64,000 bases of DNA, from NCBI GenBank assembly GCA_047601445.1, contig JASGJH010000001.1, positions 6,688,001-6,752,000 on the forward strand. The letters run 5' to 3'. The notes beneath the pieces are model-generated. The model made no database searches. It worked only from the letters and a program-made list of their open reading frames with translations, and had not been told where the DNA came from. Shown one piece after another: positions 56,632 to 64,000 of the stretch; positions within the stretch are counted from its first letter, which is position 1, and the number at the start of each line of letters is the position of its first letter. This DNA comes from Myxococcales bacterium. GTDB taxonomy: Bacteria > Myxococcota_A > Polyangia > Polyangiales > DASUME01. A program made the position numbers and the translations under genes.

Positions 56632-57813
56632 TCAGCGTACGCACGTCGGTCCACGGGGCCTGCCGACCCGAGGTCTACGGCGCCAGGCCACGGTCGCCGC
56701 GAGGGCCGCCAGGATGAACACGCCCGGCGTTGGTGGCATCGACCTACGCGTCGCGATGCTGCAGCCATCGTCAGCCGAGCCCTGGCTTGGCTCGAAGTCG
56801 ACGGATCCATGGGCTGCGCCGCCGTCAGCCTTGCCTTCGTCACTATCTTCGGCTCCGGCATCCTCCTCGGCTTCGTTCTGGTCGTCCGTGTCGTCCGCCA
56901 TTCCGCTCGCGCCCGAGTCTGCGGTCTTTCCAGCGTCGCTCGCCGATCCCGCGTCGACATGGCTTCCTGCATCACGATCAGTCCCCGTTGACCCTCCGCT
57001 GGATCCGCGCGGCACGTACTGGTCGATGAAGTCGAGGTATGGGTCCACGCGTTGGTAGTGCGAGGCCATTCGACAGCGGCTCGCGTCGCCGGTCTCGTCG
57101 CTATAGGAGTCCGTTCCGATGATGGTCCAGACGCCGTTGACCTCCGCGAGCACCGGGCCGCCCGAATCCCCGACGCAGGCATGTTGCACGGTGTCGCCTA
57201 CCGTGATCGTGTCGGTGGGATCGAGCTTGGCCGAGAGTTCGTCTGCCCTGTACTTGGTCACCGCAAAGGTCGTGTCCCGGTCGTGCGTCTTTCCGTAGCC
57301 GACGATGCTGACGTTGCCGAGAACCGCGGCGGTTGGCTTGGTGCGGAGGATAGGGAGCGCTGTCACGTTCTTGAGGCTGTCTTGCAGGATCACCAGACCG
57401 ATGTCGTAGTATCCATTGCTGGTCACGTACTCGGGATGCAGGTGGACGGCCTTGGCCATGTGAAGTTGAGCTTTGACGCTCGACTGGCTGGGATCGATCG
57501 GTGTGCCGAGAGCTTTCCCGTCGTCGCCGAGATAGGCCGCGTTGTACTCGTGGTTCGAGTCCAAGCAGTGAGCCGCCGTGAGCAGGACGTTCGGCGCCAC
57601 CACCTCGGCCGTGCAGGAGCCGAGCGTTCCCACCGGATCGGAGGAATCCCATGAGAGCAGCAGGACTACGTTCGGATCACCTCGATCCCGCGTTCCGCCA
57701 GCGAGCTCCAGCGATGTCGCATTCACGTTCTCGTCGGGACCGGAGTCGCAAGCGAGGGGGAGTGCCAAGAGAGGCACGAGCAGGGCAAGCTGGGGTCGGT
57801 TTCTGATGCGCAT
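56632..57813 (-). CDS. S1 (trypsin-fold) serine protease with MYXO-CTERM-like tail
   Basis: LTAAHC, YDIGL, GDSGGP triad; lipobox LPLAC; DDGCSI...ILAALAATVAWRRR. Confidence 0.9.
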   Translation of the reverse strand: MRIRNRPQLALLVPLLALPLACDSGPDENVNATSLELAGGTRDRGDPNVVLLLSWDSSDPVGTLGSCTAEVVAPNVLLTAAHCLDSNHEYNAAYLGDDGKALGTPIDPSQSSVKAQLHMAKAVHLHPEYVTSNGYYDIGLVILQDSLKNVTALPILRTKPTAAVLGNVSIVGYGKTHDRDTTFAVTKYRADELSAKLDPTDTITVGDTVQHACVGDSGGPVLAEVNGVWTIIGTDSYSDETGDASRCRMASHYQRVDPYLDFIDQYVPRGSSGGSTGTDRDAGSHVDAGSASDAGKTADSGASGMADDTDDQNEAEEDAGAEDSDEGKADGGAAHGSVDFEPSQGSADDGCSIATRRSMPPTPGVFILAALAATVAWRRRPRVGRPRGPTCVR

Positions 57814-57885
57814 TTGTGCCGTCTCCTTTGGGGGCCACTGCCGCGGTTGCTCCGCGGGGCTGCAGATGAACAGAACGAACGCCTC

Positions 57886-59031
57886 CTAGAGAATCGGCGG
57901 CTCGCACGCGACCTTGACGCGGACCGTGCGCTGGCTGCTCGCGGCGAGGTCTTCGCAGGCCTTGCCGAGTACCGTCACGGTGCGACCATCCATGCTCAGG
58001 CTGAAGCCGTTGGGATCGTCGAGCTTCAGGGTGGTCTGGTCGAGGGTGACCGCTACATAGCTGCGTGAATTGGGCGCTTTGTCGAGCCTGACGGCGCATG
58101 ACGTGGCCTTGCCCAAGATGCCCTCGAGGGCCTGCTGGAGCGACTGCTGGTTCTCCACGGCAATGTGCTCGGTGGAACCGGTGTCGCCGGCCGCGGCCAT
58201 CATGTCCATCGCGGGCTTCAGGTCCGCCTGCGTGTTGTAGCCAATCACGTAGGTGTGCGTGCCTTGCGCGGCGAGCTGTTCGATCTGCTTGACGGTGTTC
58301 TCCAGATCGGGCGCATCGGAGGCGGCGACATCGGCGCAGTTGGGGGCGCCGTCCGTGACCAGCAGCACGTAGCGAGGCGTGACCATCGCGTCTGGATCAC
58401 TCGAGGTCGATCCCAGTACCTTGCCTGCTTCTGCGAGGGTTGCGCTGGTGGGAGTTCCGCCAAATGGGCTCATCTTGCTGAGGGCCGCGTCGATGGCGGC
58501 AGCCTGGTGGAGCCCGACGGGCACCTCGAGCGTACCGGCGTCGCAGGAAACGGAGTTGCTTTGAGAGGAGCAACTCACGGAGTTGCCCACGCGGACGCAG
58601 TTCTGGGTCGGGTCCTCGATTCCTGGGAAGACCATCAGACCGAACTTCGCGCGCGCATCCAGGTTCGCCGTGACCTCGGTGACCGCCGCGACGGACGGGT
58701 CCCAGCGGTTGACATCGAGGGTCTTCATGCTGCCGGATCGGTCGAGTACGATCAGCATCTCCGGGATCACGCCCTGGCTTCGCAGGATCTGCTCTTCGCA
58801 GATGCCGCCTACGTTCTGGCCTCCGCCATCGCCCGGCCCAGTTCCGTCGCCGTCGCCGTCACCCGCGCCTTGGTCATCGCCGTCGCCGTCGCCATCCGTG
58901 CGGATCGGATCGTCGTCGGTGGTCGTGTCGCCAGTCGGGGAAGGGGCTGCCGTCCTCGTTGGGTCCGGCTCAGCAGCACAAGACGCTGCCTCCAGGATGC
59001 TCCACCAGTACAGGACTTTCAAAACTCGCAC
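57886..59031 (-). CDS. vWA-domain lipoprotein
   Basis: MIDAS LIVLDRSGSM, GGTPT, LLVTDGAPNC; GDGDGD linker; start inferred at GTG 59031. Confidence 0.85.
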   Translation of the reverse strand: MRVLKVLYWWSILEAASCAAEPDPTRTAAPSPTGDTTTDDDPIRTDGDGDGDDQGAGDGDGDGTGPGDGGGQNVGGICEEQILRSQGVIPEMLIVLDRSGSMKTLDVNRWDPSVAAVTEVTANLDARAKFGLMVFPGIEDPTQNCVRVGNSVSCSSQSNSVSCDAGTLEVPVGLHQAAAIDAALSKMSPFGGTPTSATLAEAGKVLGSTSSDPDAMVTPRYVLLVTDGAPNCADVAASDAPDLENTVKQIEQLAAQGTHTYVIGYNTQADLKPAMDMMAAAGDTGSTEHIAVENQQSLQQALEGILGKATSCAVRLDKAPNSRSYVAVTLDQTTLKLDDPNGFSLSMDGRTVTVLGKACEDLAASSQRTVRVKVACEPPIL

Positions 59032-59203
59032 CCTCGCAGGCGAGTGACGGCCTGCGATGCCGTGTCGACGGATCCATGGCGTAATGGCCCAGCGGGCGCG
59101 CGTCGGTGACGACATATCCCTCCTCCTTCTTGGCTCTGACTCGTGTCCCGCAGATGCGGAACGAAATATTGGAAGCCCGTGACGGCCGTCGATGGCCCGC
59201 GGT

Positions 59204-60838
59204 TCAGCGCGCGGGCAGCACGCTCGCCAGCGAGAGGCGAACACCGGCGAGTTCGATCGTCGACCAGCTCGCTCGTGGCTCGGGGATATCCACGAAGCTC
59301 TCGCTGCTGTGATCCAGTCGGGTGCGACTTGCTTCGAGCTCTGCGAGCAGCGCGCCGTGGGCATCGAAGACCCGCAAGGGCTCACGTGCTCCATTCGGCG
59401 CTTCGCGCTTGGTCAGCCCAGCCCAGCGAGCTTGATGATCGGCGTAGATGATCAAACGGACCCAGGCGCTGTCGACGCTCGATGGCTCATTGCTCTTGAC
59501 GATGAGCGGCGTCGTGTTCACCGAGAGCGCGCGATCGGCCAGCGCGGCATAGTTGTAGTCGCTGATCCACTGCGGTTCGCAGTAGCCCATGAAGTCCTTC
59601 ACATCCGGAGGGATCAGCTCCTGGCTGCGCGAATCCCAGCCCCAACTCCCGATGTCGCCACCGGGGTAGGGGTACTTCCGGTCGGGCCCCGCGGCGCCGC
59701 CACAGGGCGCATGCGGACGACCGTGGGCGTGCCCGATCTCGTGTACCGCGCTCGAGTAGGTGGACTCGCCGCCGAAGCCGAGACTCAAGCCGACTTGGTC
59801 GCCGGTGGAGGCTGTGATGTTCAGCGGCGCGAGCCCAGACACGCAACCGCCCGTGCAGAAGTCGCTCCTGCGGCGCGCGGGGGCCACCAGTCCAAGGTAG
59901 TAAACGTCGTCTTCGACGTCGTCGTTTTGGCGTTGCCTGGTGATCGCTGCGAGCAGCTCGGACCAGCCTTGACCCGACGAGGTCACGGCGTAGTTCCAGG
60001 ACATCATGGGAGCCAAGCTGACGTCGACCTTGGGCACGGGGTAGTGAGCCAAGAATGCCGAGCGCAGCCCGTCGACCAGCGTCGCGCTCGTGTCGGGCAC
60101 GAAGTTGCCGACGCGGACTGGCACGAGGACCAAGCGCAGGGTGCCGATCTCCGTGGCATCGAGCGGCTCTGAGCCGCTGCTCGGCGTCCGCGCGCGCAGG
60201 TTCGGCTTGCGCTTGGGATCGCACTTCACTTCCACCACGGATGCGGAGATCTCCGTGTTGGTTCCCAATGCCGCGGCGGGCACACTGAAGTTGAAGGTGC
60301 TCTCGAGGTCGCTTTCCACCGAAGCTGACCGCGGCGTCAGCTTGGCTTCGAGCATGGTCATCTCACTGCCGTTGGTGAGCGTGAGGATGCCGAGCACCTC
60401 ATGGGGCGCGTAGCCTGTGAGTGGCTTGATGAACAGGCGGACCAGCGCCTGCTTGTTCTGCACCACGGGGGCCGGTCGATCGGTGACCCATTCTTCTTCG
60501 GCGAAAAGCGGGATCTTGACGGCCTGGTAGAGCGACAGTTCGGTGATGCTCAGGGTCTCCACCAGCGATTCATTGCCCGCGCTACACGGTCCGGGAGGAA
60601 GCGCAGCATCGACGCCTGCGTCGCGCGGCGCCGTGTGGCCGGCATCCCTGGCATGCGACGATGCGTCTCGTGGCGAGTCATCGTCGCCACCATCATCGTG
60701 ATCTCGGCTTCCTCCGTCGAGCTCGTCTTCCGAGCTGGGCCCCGAGTCGAACACGGACGCTGGTTGCGTATCCGTGCGCGTGGGTACGTCTCCGGCACAA
60801 GCCGCGAGTAGCACTGCGAGAGAAGGGGTGAGCCGCAT
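59204..60838 (-). CDS. Zinc metallopeptidase lipoprotein (M66-like)
   Basis: HEIGHAHGRPHAPCG, DRKYPY...IGSWGWD, KDFMGYC. Confidence 0.8.
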   Translation of the reverse strand: MRLTPSLAVLLAACAGDVPTRTDTQPASVFDSGPSSEDELDGGSRDHDDGGDDDSPRDASSHARDAGHTAPRDAGVDAALPPGPCSAGNESLVETLSITELSLYQAVKIPLFAEEEWVTDRPAPVVQNKQALVRLFIKPLTGYAPHEVLGILTLTNGSEMTMLEAKLTPRSASVESDLESTFNFSVPAAALGTNTEISASVVEVKCDPKRKPNLRARTPSSGSEPLDATEIGTLRLVLVPVRVGNFVPDTSATLVDGLRSAFLAHYPVPKVDVSLAPMMSWNYAVTSSGQGWSELLAAITRQRQNDDVEDDVYYLGLVAPARRRSDFCTGGCVSGLAPLNITASTGDQVGLSLGFGGESTYSSAVHEIGHAHGRPHAPCGGAAGPDRKYPYPGGDIGSWGWDSRSQELIPPDVKDFMGYCEPQWISDYNYAALADRALSVNTTPLIVKSNEPSSVDSAWVRLIIYADHQARWAGLTKREAPNGAREPLRVFDAHGALLAELEASRTRLDHSSESFVDIPEPRASWSTIELAGVRLSLASVLPAR

Positions 60839-60984
60839 GGGAAGCATACCTTGGATGAGGCGCCCGCGGACGAGCGCATACGGCACGGCATTCCGAGCGA
60901 CTGGCGCTCGGGCGTTGAGTAAGGTTCAAACGTCTTGTCGAGTCGTGTCTGTGGTCTGCTGTCGCGCTGTCGCGCCTTCAGACG

Positions 60985-61530
60985 TCAGGGCAAGCTCTGC
61001 GTCGCAATCTGAAAGGTGTCCGGGCAAGTGGTCACGTTGGCCGTGAGGCTCGCGCGAGCGCTTTGACCCATGTAGTGAAGCGGGCCGTCTGGGTCGGCCT
61101 GATCGCGCACTTCAACCACGTACTCGAGGTCCATGCCGGGACATAAACTCCGGCTCTCAGTGGTTGGACCGTCCTGCCACGCAACGCGGTACGGAGGGTT
61201 CCCGCCGCGCGCGACCACGTCGATGGTCAGGCAGCCTTGATCGCAGCCGCCGACCACGACGAACATGAATTCAAGCCTTGCGGGCGGCGTGTCGACGGGC
61301 GCCATGCCCATGAAATCGCTCGCAGCATCGTTGTCAGCATCCGCATCGGCATCGCCAAGATTGCTATCGCCAAGGGCGGCATCCGCTTTGACTTCTGCGT
61401 CCACGCGCGCGTCGTGATGGACCGGAAAGTCACCTTGCTCGTCGTACCCCAGGTCCAGTGGATGGGCCTGCGGACACCCCGACATCGGCACGAAGCCGGC
61501 GAAGACCAGCATCGACGCGCGAGACGTCAT
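60985..61530 (-). CDS. Hypothetical lipoprotein
   Basis: PMSGC lipobox-like; DA-rich linker; ARGGNPPYRVAWQDG Ig-like motif. Confidence 0.6.
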   Translation of the reverse strand: MTSRASMLVFAGFVPMSGCPQAHPLDLGYDEQGDFPVHHDARVDAEVKADAALGDSNLGDADADADNDAASDFMGMAPVDTPPARLEFMFVVVGGCDQGCLTIDVVARGGNPPYRVAWQDGPTTESRSLCPGMDLEYVVEVRDQADPDGPLHYMGQSARASLTANVTTCPDTFQIATQSLP

Positions 61531-61554
61531 TCGTGTTATGGCAAGGACGACCGA

Positions 61555-62580
61555 ATGCATGACGCCCCTCTATGCTCGGACGGCCACGGTTCCATCCCAG
61601 GAATCGCCCGCTGTCGGTCTTTTCTTTTCATCCCGTGGGCGCGGCTATTCGTTGGCTTGGTTTTCAGCTTCTCTGCAGCCGTCGCGCAGGCCTCATCGAG
61701 CGCCGCGACGATTCGCTGGTCTGCGCCCGCGGGCTGTCCGGTGGAGGCCGAGATTCGGCGCGGCGTGGAAGAACTTCTGCGTGCGCGCTCGACGGACCCC
61801 GAAGGGCACGACGGCGTGGTTGCGGAAAAATCCGTTGGTGTCGTGGCCACGGTCGCGCGCTCGAGCGACGGCACGTTCGAGGCGCACTTGACGCTCTCTT
61901 CGGGTGACGGCAACGACGAACGTCATTTCTCGGGCGAAACCTGCCGCAGCGTCGCGAATGCCGTGATGCTGATCAGCGCCCTCGCCATCGATGCGACGCA
62001 GGTTGCACAGAGTGTTCTCCCAACGGCGCCTTCCCCGCAGAGTTCTCCAGCACCCGCGGACGACTTGCACGCCACCGTGGCAGCTCGTGCAGCGGGGGAT
62101 GTCGGCTCGCTTCCTGACTGGACCGCCGGACTCGGCTTGAGCGTGAGCGTCGAGGGCATGCGCGGGTGGCTCGAAGCCGAGCTCACCACGTGGCTGCCGC
62201 GCACGGCCCTCCATCGGACTCGCCCCGACGATCAGGGAGGAGAGATTGGCCTGGTCAGCGCCGGCCTGCGTCTCTGTCCTGTCGTCTTGAACGGCCGGTC
62301 CTTCGCGTTCGGCCCCAGCGTCAGCGGCGAGCTGGGCGCGATGTACGGCCGCGGCATGGGGCTAGCGCATCCGCGTACAGCGCACGGGCTCTGGGGAGCC
62401 GCTGCGGTCGGTCTCGCGCTGCGCACCCGTTCGCGCAGGGGAGCATTCGTGCAGTTCTCCCTGGATGGACTCGTGGCGCTGCGGCGGCCGAGCTTCGCCA
62501 TCAACCATGGGTCCGTCATCTTTCAGAGCCAGCGTTTTGGCGGGCGGGTCTCTATCGGCGCGGGTTGGAGGTTTCCTTGA
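61555..62580 (+). CDS. Hypothetical exported protein upstream of the ECF sigma factor
   Basis: WSAPAGCP...ERHFSGETC..VANAVMLISALAID, followed by a beta-barrel-like C-terminus; start uncertain. Confidence 0.65.
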   Translation: MHDAPLCSDGHGSIPGIARCRSFLFIPWARLFVGLVFSFSAAVAQASSSAATIRWSAPAGCPVEAEIRRGVEELLRARSTDPEGHDGVVAEKSVGVVATVARSSDGTFEAHLTLSSGDGNDERHFSGETCRSVANAVMLISALAIDATQVAQSVLPTAPSPQSSPAPADDLHATVAARAAGDVGSLPDWTAGLGLSVSVEGMRGWLEAELTTWLPRTALHRTRPDDQGGEIGLVSAGLRLCPVVLNGRSFAFGPSVSGELGAMYGRGMGLAHPRTAHGLWGAAAVGLALRTRSRRGAFVQFSLDGLVALRRPSFAINHGSVIFQSQRFGGRVSIGAGWRFP

Positions 62581-62612
62581 ACGGATTTTGGAACTTCCGG
62601 CATAGAGGGAGG

Positions 62613-63209
62613 GTGCACACCCGCTCTCTCTCGATTCCTTGGCCGAACGGACGCGACCCGCAGGGCGGGCCGCGCGCGGAGAGCTTGGACCGAGACGTGA
62701 GGGACCTGCCGAGCGTCGAGCAAATCTACTCGGACTACGCGGGGTTCGTGTGGCGAGTGCTGCGTGGTATGGGAATCGCGGAGGATGTCATCCAGGACGC
62801 CGTGCAGGATGTGTTCGTGGTGGTCCAGCGACGCCTGTCCGAGTTCGATCATCGCTACTCCGTGAAGACCTGGCTCTTCGAGATCGCCTATCGAGTCGCG
62901 TGCAGCTCACGGCGCAGCCGCCACCGAACGCGGCTTCACGAACCGACCAGTGAGCTCCTGCAGACCCCGGCGCCGAGCCCTCAAGAGGCGACCGAGCGCT
63001 TGCAGAGCTCGCGCCTCCTCACGGAACTCCTCGATACGATGGACGATGAGCGACGCGTCGTGCTGGTGCTTTCGGACATCGAGGGCTTGAGTGCCAAGGA
63101 GATCTCCGAGCTCACCCAGGTCAACATCAACACCGTGTATTCGCGGCTGCGGCGCGCCCGAGAGGAACTGAGTCGGGCCCTCGCCGCGCGCGGCTGGAGG
63201 CGTTCATGA
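62613..63209 (+). CDS. ECF RNA polymerase sigma factor
   Basis: YAGFVWRVLR...DAVQDVFVVV...TWLFEIA; EGLSAKEISEL...NTVYSRLRRAR. Confidence 0.92.
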   Translation: MHTRSLSIPWPNGRDPQGGPRAESLDRDVRDLPSVEQIYSDYAGFVWRVLRGMGIAEDVIQDAVQDVFVVVQRRLSEFDHRYSVKTWLFEIAYRVACSSRRSRHRTRLHEPTSELLQTPAPSPQEATERLQSSRLLTELLDTMDDERRVVLVLSDIEGLSAKEISELTQVNINTVYSRLRRAREELSRALAARGWRRS

Positions 63210-64000
63210 CCCCTGAACGGCATGGGCTGTCCGAGGAGGCCGCGGCGCTCCTCGAAGCCGCTCGCGAGGAGTATTCGCCACAGGCCCACGAGCTGGCGAA
63301 CGTGCAAGCCGCCCTGAAGGCCAAGTTTGCGCACGCAGCGGTCTCACGCCGGAGCGCGTGGTGGCGGGAGATCGTGCGACACACCGTGCATGCGGCCTCC
63401 TGGCAGTGGATGGCGGCAACCGCTCTGGCATCCGGCCTCGTGGTCGGCGCGGCGACCATCGGTCCGCTTGCCCGCAAACCCTCGACGGGCAGCGACGAGG
63501 TGGCGCTGCCTGTCCACGCTGCAAGGCACGCCGCAAAGCCAGGCCGGCGGCCGCCGAAGGATGCGCTCGGCCAAGCTTCCGCGGGAGAGACGAACGGGCT
63601 TCCTGCGCAAGACCCCTCGAACGCACGCGAGTCACCGGCGTTGCTGCGCGAAGCGCCACCCGGCGCGGTCTCCACGCGCAGCGTCGAGCGCACAACGAAG
63701 CCCGCATCGACGAAAATCGCCTCACGTACGGGGGATGCGAACGAGCCGTCTCAGGTTACCCATAGCCTGGAGCAGGAGACCGCTCTACTGCGACGCGCAC
63801 GCGAACGCTTAGCGTCAGGCGCGCCAGGAGAGGCCCTGGAGCTCCTGGATTTGCACGCGGCGCGGTTCTCCCAGGGCACGCTGCGGCAGGAGCGACTCTT
63901 CTTGCGCGTGCTCGCGCTTTGCGCCCTCGAGCGAACGGCGGACGCACGTACGGCGGCCGGGCAGCTCTCCTTGCCCGCGGGCTCGCCGTATCGTCAGCGT
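63206..64000 (+). CDS. Putative anti-sigma factor (TM plus C-terminal TPR-like region); partial
   Basis: ATGA overlap with the sigma gene; MTPERHGLSEEAAALLEAAR...TM...SLEQETALLRRARERL...ALELLDLHAARF...ERLFLRVLALC. No stop in the window. Confidence 0.8.
   Translation, partial: MTPERHGLSEEAAALLEAAREEYSPQAHELANVQAALKAKFAHAAVSRRSAWWREIVRHTVHAASWQWMAATALASGLVVGAATIGPLARKPSTGSDEVALPVHAARHAAKPGRRPPKDALGQASAGETNGLPAQDPSNARESPALLREAPPGAVSTRSVERTTKPASTKIASRTGDANEPSQVTHSLEQETALLRRARERLASGAPGEALELLDLHAARFSQGTLRQERLFLRVLALCALERTADARTAAGQLSLPAGSPYRQR

Overview
This is a high-GC bacterial window. The gene content points to a myxobacterium, probably Polyangiales-like (inferred from many Cys-rich lipoproteins with Asp-Ala-Gly linkers, MYXO-CTERM-like tails, a PilT paralogue and an ECF/anti-sigma pair). 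It mostly encodes secreted and surface proteins. A tRNA-Phe(GAA) at 20182-20257 is followed by an island-like region holding an AbiEii relic, an intact nucleotidyltransferase/regulator (type IV TA-like) pair, IS3 scars and one complete IS3-family element (30404-31683, CTGG target duplication) that splits a small gene. The most unusual items are: (1) a bacterial ADAM-type protein (pro-domain, reprolysin, disintegrin, Cys-rich region, membrane tail) directly downstream of a lipoprotein serpin; (2) a homologue of eukaryotic HPF1 (histone PARylation factor, DUF2228) fused to an extra N-terminal domain; (3) a ~400 bp palindromic element (8430-8835) made of inverted tandem-repeat arms around a truncated four-helix-bundle gene that the ORF track misses, with a similar ORF-less repeat at ~520-690; (4) a candidate structured ncRNA at ~1745-1920; (5) four secreted-protein genes each broken by a net +1 frameshift. 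All family calls come from motif recognition by eye; no database search was run.
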